Origin: the human T2T-CHM13v2.0 reference genome, Homo sapiens
Direction: 5' to 3' (one strand)
NCBI RefSeq assembly: GCF_009914755.1
Contig: NC_060925.1
DNA: 64,000 bases
Shown: one piece after another, positions 42,711 through 56,739 of the stretch
Position numbering within the stretch: position 1 is the stretch's first letter
How the letters are laid out: each line of letters opens with the position of its first letter
Program-made: the position numbers and the translations under genes
The notes under the pieces: model-generated
The model's input: the letters and a program-made list of their open reading frames with translations, nothing else
Database searches by the model: none
Told to the model about the DNA's origin: nothing

Positions 42711-43377
42711 TAATTGATCGGTCCTGATCACTGACTCTTGGTCAACTTTTTTTTTTTTTTTAAGGAAAAAACAAAACTTCAGTTTAACGTTTCTGCAATG
42801 CAAGCTTGTGATTTATGATTACTCTCTAAGTGGATATCAGGATTGTTATGAAGACTTAAGGCCCAGTATTTTTTAATAGAATACTCATCTAGGATGTAAC
42901 AGTGAAGCTGAGTAAACTATAACTGTTAAACTTAAGTTCCAGCTTTTCTCAAGTTAGTTATAGGATGTACTTAAGCAGTAAGTGTATTTAGGTAAAAGCA
43001 GTTGAATTATGTTAAATGTTGCCCTTTGCCACGTTACATTGAACACTGTTTGGATGCATGTTGAAAGACATGCTTTTATTTTTTTGTAAAACAATATAGG
43101 AACTGTGTCTACAATTAAAAGTGAAACATTTTGGCATGTTTGTTAATTCTAGTTTCATTTAATAATCTGTAAGGCACGTAAGTTTAAGCTTTTTTTTTTT
43201 TAAGTTAATGGGAAAAATTTGAGACACAATACCAATACTTAGGATTTTGGTCTTGGTGTTTGTATGAAATTCTGAGGCCCTGATTTAAATCTTTCATTGT
43301 ATTGTGATTTCCTTTTAGGTATATTGCGCTAAGTGAAACTTGTCAAATAAATCCTTTTAAAAACTGCAAAAAAAAAA
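42711..43377 (+). pseudogene. 5'-truncated processed retrocopy of the HNRNPH1 3'UTR
   Basis: Matches my recall of the HNRNPH1 3'UTR (TAATTGATCG..CTGATCACTGACTCTTGGTCAAC ... GTCAAATAAATCC). AATAAA at 43346-43351, poly(A) at 43368-43377, TSD GTCACATAAGC at 42700-42710 and 43379-43389, TTTT/AAAA endonuclease site. Confidence 0.85.
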
Positions 43378-45816
43378 TGTCACATAAGCATACTTTTTGG
43401 AGTTAGGAAGTTCACCATCCAAATAATTTTTAAAAGAGGTCGTTAAAGGTAGTAGTCTCTGGTTGGTGGCATGTGTGTGGGGTGAGCCCTGCTAGTTTTC
43501 AGTATAAACACTTCCTTATAATCTGATTTCTTTTATCTCGTGCATATATTACTTCAATTTTTAAAACGTAACAGGTGGAAATACTCAAAAATTGAATTCA
43601 GTGTGAACACAGAGCCATAAATGCGGATACTCATTTTGCAACGGCCATCTGTATTATTGTGCCATCAGAAATTGCACATTTCCCGGGCACCACTTTGAAT
43701 GGTAATATAAGCTTAATGGGTCTCCTGTTGAAAGACTTACCGAGTTAGCGTTGGATATGGGCAGCATTAGGGAAGCAGGATAATGTACTTTCATGGCTCT
43801 TACTATAAGGTAAGGGCGCCAACCACTTAGATGAGGAGGAAAGACCTCACAGAAGTGAAAAATATTCCTTTATCATGTGCCTGGTTTCTTGTGCATCTTT
43901 GCAAAGAACATGGCTCTTGGTAGCCTCTCAGTTTGTTGAAAGAATACAATTCATAGCAATACACACAAGACCGTCCACCATCTGATCCCAACTTTTTCAG
44001 CCGCCTCTTCCCCTGTATCCTGTACCAGGGACATGTGGCTGCTCTCCGTTTCTGGAGAGATACATACTCTTTTATGTTTCCATATCTTTGCATATTCTGA
44101 TCCTCTACTTGGAATGCTTTTCCCCACCTTCTTAAGGGCATGTGTTAAGACCCATCTTCCTAACGGAGCCTCCTGCACTGCAGTCTCCCCAGGCTCCTTA
44201 GACAGAGAGGTCCTCTCCTGACTGTTCTCGCCAGCCTGTGACATTCTGTTCCTCAACTATATTCAACAACTGCCACCAGGCTCCTCTTGCAAGGGAGAAA
44301 ATCTAAAGTGATATCTTGGCTTATGTCTGTGGGAAAAATATAATCCAGAAGCTCAGGAAACCAGTTGAGAAGGTCATTGAGATGTTCTGGCAAGAGCAGA
44401 GGTCAGGATGTAGTTTTGAAAATGTAAGTGCTCTTTAGACACTCGATGGCCAAGGATTGGCCATGGGGAATGCTCTCCATCCCCCCCGCCCCAGTCCATT
44501 GTGTGCACTCTTCCAATCAGCTGGGCTCAGCTACGTTTGTGGGCAGATTTGCACTGTATTCATTTATCCTTGATAGTAAGGCATTCTGCAGTCATTTTTA
44601 AACTTTTTAATCATGGGAATTTGCAAACGTACACATATAAATCCTCATATACCTGAAATCCAGCTTTAACGATTATCAATACTTTGCCAATCTTATCTCA
44701 TCTCCCCTTCCGCACACTTTTCTTTTATGGGGTGGTAGGGTAGGATGGGCATTTTTTAAATTTTTATTTATTTATTTATTTTTTGAGAAAGGGTTTCATT
44801 CTGCTGCCCAGGGTGGAGTGCAATGGAGCGATCTCGGATCACTGCAACCTCCGCCAGGTGGGAGTATTTTAAAGCAAATCATAGGCATCGCAGAGTATGT
44901 TTCTAACAGATAAGGACTTCTTTTAAAATTGCGGTACAAAGTACATAACATAAAATGTTCTATTTTAACCATTTGTAAGTGTACAATTCAGTGGCATTAA
45001 GTACCTTCACACTGTGTGCAACCATCACCACCATCTGTCTCCAGAACATTTGCATCGTAAACTGAAACTCTGTACCCATTAAACAATAACTCCTCATTTC
45101 TCCCTCAATCTAGCCCCAGTAACCACTATTCTACTTTCTGTCTCTGAATTTGACCATTCCGGACACTTCATCTAAGTGAAATCATACAGCATTTTTAAAA
45201 ATCTGGTTTATTTCACTCATGTTTTCAACGTTCATCTAAGTATTTTATTCCTTTTAAAGACTGATAAGGGCTTTTAAGATAATAATCACAACATATCTAA
45301 AAAATTTAATAATAATTTTCTAATATCATCGAATTAGCTAATCTATGTTCACGTTTCCAAAAGTATGTCTTTAAATGTCATTTTACAGTTAGTTAGACAG
45401 AATCAGGATCCTAACAAGGTCCACACATTATATTTGGTTGATATGTCTCTTAAGTCTATTTTAACCTACCATATTCTTTCTCCTTATTTTTCATGCTATT
45501 TATTTGTTGAAGAAATGAGTTAATTTGTCCTGTAGAATTTCCCTCATTCTGGATTTGGCTGATTACATCCTCAGCATTGTTTAACCATTTCCTGTATCCT
45601 CTGAATTTCACAAAAACAAACGGTCAGATCTAGGGGCCGGATTGCATTCAGGTTCAACTACTTTGGTGGGCTGTGTGCTTTCTATTACATCACAGCAAGA
45701 GGCCCTTGTATCTGATGGTCTCACTTCTTGAGATAGTATAACAGATCTGTGGGTTTGGGTGCTGCCAGCCCAATACATCCATTGATAACATGACATTTAA
45801 AAATAAGTGTTCTTGG

Positions 45817-46393
45817 TAAGTGTGGCAATTCCTCAGGGTTCTAGAACTAGAAATACCATTTGACCCAGCCATCCCATTACTGGGTATATACCCAAAGGAA
45901 TATAAATCATGCTGCTATAAAGACACATGCACACGTATGTTTATTGTGGCACTATTCACAATAGCAAAGACTTGGAACCAACCCAAATGTCCAACAATAA
46001 CAGACTGGATTAAGAAAATGTGGCACATATACACCATGGAATACTATGCAGCCATAAAAAAATGAAGAGTTCATGTCCTTTGTAGGGACATGGATGAAAC
46101 TGCAAACCATCATTCTCAGCAAACTATCACAAGGATGAAAAACCAAACACCGCATGTTCTCACTCATAGGTGGGAATTGAACAGTGAGAACACATGGACA
46201 CAGGAAGGGGAACATCACACACCGGAGACTGTTGTGGGGTGGGGGGAGGGGGTAGGGATAGCATTAGGAGACATACCTAATGCTAAATGACGAGTTAATG
46301 GGTGCAGCACATCAACATGGCACATGTATACATATGTAGCAAAACTGCACATTGTGCACATGTACCCTAAAACTTAAAGTATAAAAAAAAAAA
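45817..46393 (+). mobile_element. L1PA 3' end, 5'-truncated
   Basis: ORF2 C-terminus (ORF 45820-46065, IPFDPAIPLLGIYP...), G-rich 3'UTR, CCTAAAACTTAAAGTATAAAAA; TSD AAGTGTTCTTGG. Confidence 0.93.
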
Positions 46394-46400
46394 GTGTTCT

Positions 46401-46714
<314 letters not shown>

Positions 46715-48129
46715 TTAAGACTTTGTAAATGATTGTAAGCATACCTATGTGTCTGTGTCTCTATTTATATCAGTCACCATTCTTAGCCCTAGGGCTGTCT
46801 ATTTTTCTGTAGATCTTTAAAACTCCCCAAAGTCCCTTTTCAATCTGTGATGTTGAGTAGCCACTCCTGGAATTCTTGAGCTCTCAGATTTCATGTAAGA
46901 TAGCACCCTATTTCCAATTAGTCCTTGAGTTGCCTGCACATGGGTGCTCACTCAGAGTCACACACATCCACCTGGAAGGAATCATCACCCACCTGCCTTG
47001 GTAGCCTGTTCCAATGTCTAAGCACTCCCAGAGCATAAGTCTTCCCTCTGTCTGGTCTAGCCCTCCCTGTGAAGTTAAATTCTGTTTCCTCCAGTTCGGG
47101 GCTCGGTGGAGCTGACGAGCAGCTGGCCAGCAGCCCCTGCAGATGAGGCCTGGGGAAATGATGCATGAGGCTAAGACACATTCCAGGTAGTCTACATGCT
47201 TCATGAATTTAATGGAAGACTGGCAAGGACTAGAATATGTTTTATTGCAACTTTCTAGCTGGGATTCATTATTTTTCTTTTAAAATTAAATACAAATAAC
47301 TTATTTCTAAAAAGTAAATATTCAGAGACTATGAACGAAACAAACAAAAAAGAAAACAAAAAACCTAACAATTTTCCAGAGTTGGCATTGTGCTTATTTT
47401 GTGCCTTTATAGATGAACAGAGTCCTACTGGCGTCAGATTTAAAAAGTCACTCTACCTCTTAAACATTTTGCCTTATTAGGGTGGAAGGGTCAAAGAGCA
47501 AGGAGGGAGAAGACAGAGCAGAGACACAGGGCAGAAGAGTCTCAGATGAGGGTGGCAGGGGTACAAGAGAGCCTGGGTCTATAGACAGAAACAGAGCATG
47601 TTGCTGAAACTGCCCAGACTCTTTATTTCAATCTCCAGTCTGTAAAATGGAGATGAAGCGCCCCGCCTGATCCCTTTTTAGGGTTGTGGGAGATGCAGAG
47701 GAGCTAATGGGTGTGAATGTGCTTTGTGGGCTGAAGCTACTGGGCCCCTTACAGGCCTACAGGTCAGGGGAAAGAAGAGAGTGTTGCCAGCACCTGTGAG
47801 CAGAATTAACCCATTGGCTGATTGCCTGGCCACCTGGACTTAGCATGTATTGAACTGAATACATGTGCAGGGGCTCACAGCCATTCCGATTCTAAAGACT
47901 GGTTAAGTTTCACAACAAACACTGAGGATAATTGCAGGGTTGTCAATTATTGTTTTGCCATCTACTATTACAGTTATATTTATTTAAAAAGTAAAAGGAT
48001 ATTTTAATAATATCTCAACCACTGAGGATGGTAAGATGAGCAAAATAGGATACCCACTCCCAAGGAGTTCATAAAACTGTAGGGAAACACATGTATAAAA
48101 ATATGTATATAAAGACCAAATAGATGTGT

Positions 48130-48590
48130 AGCCCCTAGGACTGTTTGGCTCGTTAGAAAAAACAGTACAAAATGGCTTAACAAAAAGTGGGGATTTGCCG
48201 GTTCATATAGCTGAAAACTCTGCAGAAAGTGTGGCTGCCACCCAGCTTGATATAGAGCCTCTTGGCTCTAACCTTTTTCTCCAGTTGCCCATGGCAACCT
48301 CAGCAGCCCCAGGCTACAGCCCCCTGCCTTCAAGTCCAGCTAGTGAGCTGCCTCCAGCAGCCCCAGCCCGGTGCTCCCGCAGCTCAGTGGCTCTACATGG
48401 ATCCTGAGCCCCTTCCTGGACCAACCACAGTGGTCCCTGGCCTGGTTTGCTCTGACTGGTCACCCAATGCACAGGGACCGGAAATGTGCGGGGAGTGGCT
48501 TTCTCGGACGAAAACTGGGAAACCATTACTCGAATTGGGATGGATAGATGCTGAATGGCCAAGAAACAAAAATATCCTCTAAGAACTATG
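48130..48590. mobile_element. Old MLT1-type LTR, degenerate
   Basis: AAAATGGCTTAACAAAAAG..; CTCTGACTGG..CCAATGCACAGG motifs. Confidence 0.5.
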
Positions 48591-50344
48591 GGAACACAGA
48601 AAAGGTGTGTCCACGGCTAGCCTCATAAGCCGGATGACCTGTTCAGTCCCACCCTTAACAAGTTTCACATTGGCTTAATGCTCTGCTGTCACTGACTCAA
48701 CATTCTTAATAATTTCTGAACAAGGGGCTCCACATTTGCGTTTGGTAATAGGCCCCACTAATTACATGGCTAGTCCTAGAGGTGACTAACATTATATTAC
48801 CTACACAAGGAAGTGACTTTGAAACTGGATTTTGAAAGATATAATGAAACAGCAGTTTTGTAAATGGAAAGGTTTGGGTGGCAGGAGGAGGAGGAAATTC
48901 CATCATAGGCAAGAATGTTAGACGTGAGAGGCTTGATGAGAAAATGAAACCACTAGCGCCTCAAGTGGTTGGGGCTTAAAGTGACTGTGGGGTGTGGCCC
49001 CAGTGGAGTGGGAACAAAATATTCCTTCGATGAATTAATATTCCTTCAATGAATTAATAAACACAAGTGAAGTGAAATTTAACATGAGAAAAAATAGTTT
49101 ATATTTTTTAAACCTCCATGATTCCAAATGGCCGTTACAAGATAACTCCTATTTTCCACCTCACTTTTCTACTGCACACTAAGGCTAACTTTCCCCTGTG
49201 TAACATAAGTGCCTACTGATCTTTATCACTAGCGTGTTAGCAAGGTTAGCATTCCACTTCTGTGATTTCACCACCCAAATATTTATGAATCAGAGAGATG
49301 TTTCTAAGAACATGTTTTCCAATTGTTTACTTTATAACAATAATAGTGTGCTTTAATTACAAAGATGACGTTTTACAACCTAAATAGAACAAGCCTCAGT
49401 TGTGTGGGAGTTCATTGCTTTGGTGATAAAAGAGAAACACAGACAGTGACTCAGGTGGAACATTCGTTTCATTTTCACTTTGTGTTTCCTTTGGTTCTAC
49501 ATGTCAGGACATGTAACAGAGCCAAGGCAGAAGAGTGCTGTGGGGGGTGTGAAAGTTAAAGCTAAGGCTCTATATGCCAGAAAGAAAGGACAATGTCCCC
49601 TCTCACCCACTGGCTCCCCTTTCAAGGCCAATGCCAAGGGGGAAAAAGAAGGTGGCTTCCCTCTGGCACATGAATGGTGAGCTAGTTAACAGTCAGTGTT
49701 TTGTTCCCAAATTCTTTAAAGGAATGCTGAAGAGATAACACTGGTTCTTCTGAATTGAGAATCTCTTTGAATTCCCACTGCTGTCTTATTTCCATTTAAA
49801 TTAAGCTTAAGAGGAGAAATTAATGTTGGGGTATCTGCTAAGTGCCCAGTGTGGAGCCTCTTTCTGTCTTGTTCATTCTTGGATGTCCAGCTCTTGAACA
49901 ATGCCAGGCATACAGTAGGCACTCAATACATACACGAGGAATGAGTGTATGAATTTATTCCTCACAGCACTTTTATGTGAGGAAGTTGCGGGGGCAATCT
50001 TCAGATAAGAAAACAGACATTAAGTGTTGGAAATTGAGAGAAAGAGGTGGTTTGTCCAGCAAGGCATGTCCAACACAGACAGAGACAATATGGGGCCTCC
50101 TCGGTGACTCACTTTTATGTGACTAGGTATGTGTCTCTTCTGTAGAAACTTGGTCAATAGGGAATGACGACAAGAAAAAAGGGGCCCTTAGAAAATAATA
50201 TCACCATCATGATCATCATCTTCATCATCGACTGTAGACACAGCGCTTATAATCACAAAATTGAAGAACTGTAAGGAATTTCAGAATTTATAATAATAGA
50301 AGCTCCCATTTACTAATGTGTTGTTATATTCTGGGTACTGAGTT

Positions 50345-50352
50345 ATATCTAT

Positions 50353-50389
<37 letters not shown>

Positions 50390-50447
50390 ATCTATCTCTC
50401 TATCTAGCTAGCTATCCATCCATTCATCTATCTAGCAATCATCTATC
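50345..50447. repeat. (TCTA)n compound microsatellite
   Basis: About 8 uninterrupted TCTA units plus degenerate flanks. Confidence 0.95.
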
Positions 50448-51245
50448 TTTTCACCCCCTGCCCCATATCAACCCTGCAAGGTGGGTCGTATTAGCTTTAT
50501 GTTCAATGTTCCAGGCCAGTAAGTGGCAGAGGTTGAGACTCTTGCTGCCTTCTGGAGCCCTTCCCTTAGCACAGCCTCCTTGACTAACACAGGAGGAATT
50601 TGACCCTCAGAGAGGGACCTCAGGTTTCTCAGCTAGTGCAGAACCAGAACTTGAACCTTGGCCCGAGTGTTGTTTCCACTTACCACAGTGTTCTCAGTGT
50701 AGATGAGTACACTTTGGATTTCTTTCCGTTTCGCTTATATAAGTCACTATGAGGTTTAGCAGGACAAAAACTGAGCTTATTGAAGATTAATTCATCATTC
50801 CATCTCCTACCTTAGAAACAATTTTATTCTTTCCTGGATTCCATCTCAGCCCCTGGCACATGGTAGGCATTCAAGGAGTGCTTGATACATAATTAAGCCA
50901 GGATTTGATTTGGATGGAATCTCAGTCTTAGGTACCCCTTAATGGCAGGACTGGAAAAAAGTAGGCAAATACACTCTTCGAAAGACACACAGTAATATTA
51001 GTTTTTGCCTTCATGAAAGTTTATACTTTCATCTTTTAAGAATTAACACATCCGCACTATAGAACAATGGGATAATTCAGAAATATATAAGTAGAAGAGA
51101 AAAAAAGTTACCCACCCATACTTCCAACAACTAAATACTTTTAATATTTTATGGAAATTTCTTTATTTCCCTTATTCTACGTATTTTGTTGTTTATTTAT
51201 AGCTTTTATTGAGTTATGATTGTTCTGTGTTGATATATATCTTAC

Positions 51246-52112
51246 TTTTTAAAATTTATTTATTTTTAACTTTTATGGGTACATAGTAAGTGTGTATGTT
51301 TATGGGGTACATGAGATACTTTGATACAGGCATGCAAGATGGAATAATCACATCTTGGGAAATGGGGTATCCATCCCCTTAAGCATTTATCCTTTGTATC
51401 TCAATCCAATTATACTCTTCTAGTTATTTCTAAATGTACAAGCAAATTATTTTGACTACAGTCACCTTGCGGTGCTCTCAATAGTAGGTCTTATTCATTC
51501 TAACTATTTTTTTGTAACCCATTAACCATCCTCACCTTCCCCCACCCCCATTACCCTTCCCAGCCTCTGGTAACCATCCTTCTACTCTTTGTGTCCATGG
51601 GTTCAATTGTTTTATTTGTAGATCCTGCAAATACGTGAGAACATATGATGTTTGTCTTTCTGTGCCTGGCTTATTTCACCTAACATAAAGACCTTCAGTT
51701 TCATCCATGTTGTTGCAAATGACAGTATCTCATTCTTTTTTATAACTGAATAGTACTCCACTGTGTATAAGTACCACATTTTCTCTATGCATTCATCTGT
51801 TGATGGACACTTAGGTTGCCTCCAAATCTTGGCTACTGTGAACAGAGCTGCAACAAACATGGGAGTGCAGATATCTCCTTGATATACTCATTTCCTTTCT
51901 TTTGGGTATATACTCAGCAGTAGGATTGCTGGATCATATGGTAGCTCTACTTTTGGTTTTTTGAGGAGCCTCCAAACTGTTTTCCATAATGGCTGTACTA
52001 ATTTACATTCTCACCAACAGTGTACGAGGGTTAACTTTTCTGCACATCCTCACCAGCATTTGTTATTGTCTGTCTTTTGGATAAAACCATTTTAACTGGG
52101 GTGAGATGATAT
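51246..52112 (-). mobile_element. L1MA 3' fragment
   Basis: TATGGGGTACATGAGATACTTTGATACAGGCATGCAA; minus ORF 51612-51860 resembles the ORF2 C-terminus. Confidence 0.88.
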
Positions 52113-52419
52113 GTATCTTGCATTTAAAACCCACATTATCTCTACAGCATTCCCTAAGTTGTAATCTCTTTGTGAATATCTTTTAAAATAGTGGCATAGC
52201 ACTGAAAAAAGACTTGTTTAAATAAGTGTCTAGTTTGTCAGTTCTCAACTATGTCAGGCTGAGGATCATTGGCTTTTCCTGGTTCTTGAGGGACCATTTC
52301 TGGTCTTCATTAATCACTTTATCAGAAAGCTAGCTGGAATAAATATTGTTATCCAAAGCCTGAGGGAAAGCATAAATTACAGCTGTGAACCAGTGAGGTA
52401 GATTTTCATGGTACTTGGT

Positions 52420-53800
52420 AATTATCCGTAAATTTCCAATAATCCACACTGACTCCTACATTATGCCTTAGGCCCCAACCTGGCTCTTCTTCCTCCCTCT
52501 CTCTCCTCTCTCCTCTGAGTCTTTCCATTACTTTGATATCCCCAACATGCTGATGGCTAGGGGCCATTCCCTTCTTTGACATCCCACTGCTAAGCATTTT
52601 GTCCCGAAATGCCCTTATTAGTCTTTTCCCACTTCTACTGCCTACAATACCCAATCAGTTCCTTCCCACCCCAATGCTATGCTCTATAACATCTGAGATA
52701 GGGGCATTCCTCCCCTCTCCATCTATCCTAACACCAAGCTTCTGCCAAAATCCAAAGATGTCTGCCTAGAAGTTTCCCAAAATCATCCCCTCCTGTTCTC
52801 CTTACCAGCCCTGCCTCAGGTGAGGCAACACTGCTGTACTCCCAAGACTGATCAGATGCCTGCTTAGGGTACCTGTAATGGGGAGGGCCCCCGAAAGTGA
52901 GGGAAGCTCAGTTTTAATAAAGCAATCCTGAATTTTGCAATGAAAAGATCCAGGGGAAAAAGGCTATTTTAATTTCAGTACACATAAGAGCATTGTGTTT
53001 TGTGAATAATTTTTATTTTGAGTGAACAACATACGAGAGTGGGGATACCACCATCTTCACAGTTCATCTGGCCTCCGATGGCCTCACCTGACCAGTGTTG
53101 CAGCCTCCTGATGGCCCTCCATGGGCATCTTCCTCTCCCATCCAGCCCACCCTCAGCCCTCTACCAGCAGTCTTCCTGAAAAACATCTGTTTGTGTCCAT
53201 CTGCCACTGACAGACCCCCTCCCTTTGTCCCTGGGGACAGAGTCCAAACTGATTATTACATCTTCAAAGGCTATCACAGTCTGTTCTTCCCAGACTTGCT
53301 TCCCTAACGTCTCCTCCCTTCCACAAATACTCCTGCTCAGCAATTGCCTCACTGTTCTCCAAACACTGTGCATGTTCTCTCCATTCCGTATTTTCATCCA
53401 CTGAATGCGTATTCACTGTGGGTCTGGCATGTGCCTGGAACTGTGCAAAGAGCTGGAAATAAGGACAGAGATGAGCAGGGCACAGCCCCTTCCTGGCACT
53501 CACAGCCTCTTCATATGACTTTCTCTATGCCTGGAATGCCTGTCCACTTCCCTTGCCTAGAAAACGGTCGGCTCAACATCCAGCTCGACAGTCACCTCAG
53601 CCATCAGCTCTTGCCAGCTTTCCTGGGCAGAGCCGTCCTGCCCCACTTTAGCCCTTGCTGCATCAGGCTGTAACTATTTGTTATCAAGTCTGTCTCCCCA
53701 TGGGCTGTGAGCACCTGGAAGGCAGATATGCATCACTGTGTACCTGCAGCTTCTGACACGGTATCCAGCATATAGTTGGTGCTCGTTAAAATGTTGGAGG
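52420..53800. mobile_element. L2 fragments
   Basis: CCTGGAATGCC..; TGTCTCCCC..GCTGTGAGCACCTGGAAGGCAG, typical L2 3' motifs. Confidence 0.55.
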
Positions 53801-54429
53801 ACTAAACATACATACATATATATATAGTATATATATAAAATACCTACTATATTGCTGGACTTCTGCTTCATGTATATTAATTTGCCACCTAAACAAGATT
53901 TTTAACTCTTCAGGTCAAGAAATGCTCTTATATTGTCCTTGTAACCCCAAGGTGTCTAAGTAGACTGCTGAGAGCAGTGTCCGGTAATAGGACACAATTT
54001 GATGCATTGATTGATAGGCATAAACTCACTGGAGTGACTCACTTTGCCCTCAGCCACTCTAGTTTCAAGTACAAGTTCATCATCTGATGATTCAAGTTCA
54101 TCGTATTTTGGGAAAAGAATAAAAGTCCAAAAAGCCCTACTCAGTTTACTCAGTCAATAACAGGGCTTATGTTTGTGGTTAAAGCAAATTATGAAATAAT
54201 TGCAAATTTGGCAGGGGGGAAAGTATCCCTGAGGGCACAGGGATCTGGAATTTATTAAGCATGTATCCTCTGGGACATCAGGAGTAAGAATTTTCTGGTA
54301 AGGTCAACTCTAGAAGCATCTGTGCATTCAGCAAGACTTTGGTAAAGCGAGGGTGCTCATTTTCAACAAGGTAGGGAAGGCTAAAGAAAAGTAAACACAC
54401 ATCATGCTCTCTAAGATTTTGAGGACAGT

Positions 54430-55710
54430 ATCGCTTAATGTAAGTTTTGAAATAAGTTAGATTTGTGTTTAAATCAAGTACCTATGAGCAATTTTCTTAA
54501 CCTTTCTGTGCTTTGGTTTCCTCATCTGTAAAACCGAGATAAAAAACCTACCTCACAGGTTATTATAAGGATGAAATAAGATACTGGGTATTTTTAAAAG
54601 TGCTTACTATTGTGCCTGGCATGTAGTATGTGCTCAGTAAATAGTAATTACTAAATAGGACCTGGCCACACATCAAGTTTTTTTAAATTTGTTTTAAAAT
54701 CAGTCAGTAAGCCAGCCTGAGAGATGGAACTTTCCATGAGGGTCTAGACACTTTGGTGTCTCAGGTTTCCATATGACTTGGTAGCTTCAAGGGTAAGGCG
54801 TGAAGAGGGAAAAAAGCAATATTTATTGAATGTCACTTTTGAGGGTGAATTGTTTTTTAATTTTGGGGGGTATATAGTAGGTGTATATATTTATTGGGCA
54901 TGTGAGATATTTTGATACAGGCATACAATGTATAATAAAGGTGTATTGTTCCTTAATCCCATGATTAAGGAAACAGATATAAATGAGGAAACAGACATTA
55001 TCCTCATTTTACAGGAGAAACTGAGGTTATAAGACCTTCTTAAAACTAAATAAGCAGTGGCAGAAAGAGGATTTGAACTCAGTTCTATCTGACCACAGGT
55101 TCTTTCTGCCATCCCTGGCTTCTACCCTACACCATCCCCTTTTCAGCCCCAAGGATAGTATGCCTTGCCAGCCACTAGCTAAGGTGCCCCTAAAATGTTT
55201 TAGGGTGCTCTTCTTACAATCAGCTTTTTTCACCTTGGCCCTATTCTTAGCAAAAGCAGCATCTCCCCAGGTGGAGGGCAAAAAAGGGGTTCACGAGTCT
55301 CAATGGCTGCTAAGGTTCCTTTCGGTATGAGAATTTATGATTCTGACACGATGTAGAGCCACATTTTTCTCTGTAAGCTCAGTTTCCTCATCCATCAAAG
55401 GAGGGCCCTGAACTGCATCAGAGCATCCCAAGTTTCCCGTGAGCACTTGCCAGGAGGTGGTAGGTATCGTGGTTGCGCACTCAGACTTGGGAGTCAGACT
55501 GCCTGGGTTGAGTCCTGCTCTACTGCTCACTAGCTAGGTAACTTCTGGCAAGTTATTTACCCTGTCTGTGCCTCAGTTTCCTCATCTATAAAATGGAGAT
55601 GTTTACGGTCCATCAAAGGGTGGTTACAATAATTAAAAGCATTAACTGTACGTAAAGGGCTTAGTACATAGCACGGAACACCCAGAATGCTACATAGTAA
55701 CATTTTACAC
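54430..55710. mobile_element. MIR cluster with a short L1 fragment (~54853-54937)
   Basis: Repeated CAGTTTCCTCATCT(G/A)TAAAA / GAAACTGAGG cores. Confidence 0.65.
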
Positions 55711-56698
55711 TTAGAAAGAAGGGAGGGAACTAATCCTCTCAAGGTCCCAGGAATAAAACTTTTGGCAGCCGATGCTAGACCCAGAATGTATTTGATATCT
55801 TCTCTCTTTCCTTAGAAATCCTTGCATGACTTACATTCAAATTCCACATATCTATATATGTTTAATACAACACAATATTTTAAGGATTTTTTATTTAAGG
55901 CAGACACTCAAGTAAGATCTCCTTTGTTTATCTCATGGCCCTGGTACACCTGTGTGTGCTCATGTCCAGTTTGAGAAAATGGAAGTGAATGACTTCTAGG
56001 GTCCTTTTGGCTATGGTGTCTTTTAGTTCTGAGAATCACCGCCAAACATCTACACCTGCTCAGGTGCAGACTGAAGTGACCAGCTACCTGGTAGCCACTC
56101 ATGTCACCAAACTGGCATAGAGATGCTAGAGCTGCCCGAGCTACACTGAGAATTTTGCCTGAAGGCACAGGGAGAAGCACAGCCTGGCTGCTCTAATTCT
56201 GTATTACTAGCCCATGCTGCAGACTACATTTTCTGCTTCAAGGTAGATGAAGAGGAAATAAAGGAGGATGGGAAGCAGAGAGGGGCAGGGATTTAAAAAA
56301 AGGAAAAAGCGCCTGCAGGATTTTTTGTTTGGATGTTAGGAAACAAGGAAAATGCACAAGTAGTCACAATCTTTGGGGGTCCTTCCATCTTCCACCATAT
56401 ATATGCCGTGTGTAGCATTTGAAGGTAGACATCAAGACTCATTCTTTAACCCCATTTAAGCATCCTGAGCAATGATGGTATTTGATATCCTTTCTCTTAT
56501 AAAAATATTTGAATTTGTATAGCATTCAAGCAAAATATTAGCAACACTCTAAATTCTAAAAGTAGGGAAATGATTAAGTAAATCATAGAACATCCATTGG
56601 CAAGTTATGGTAATAAGAATCAGGATAGTGGTTACCTCTGGGAAGCAAAGAGGTCTACTTCTTGAGTGGTGAGTTCCTAATGTGTTTGATTATTAAAA

Positions 56699-56706
56699 TG
56701 TGTGTG

Positions 56707-56738
<32 letters not shown>
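56699..56738. repeat. (TG)n/(TA)n microsatellite within old L1M sequence
   Basis: Read directly. Confidence 0.9.

Positions 56739-56739
<1 letters not shown>

Noticed and set aside
45820-46290. L1 ORF2-like reading frames (also 23793-24059 and 51612-51860)
   Set aside because: C-terminal fragments of truncated, inactive L1 copies
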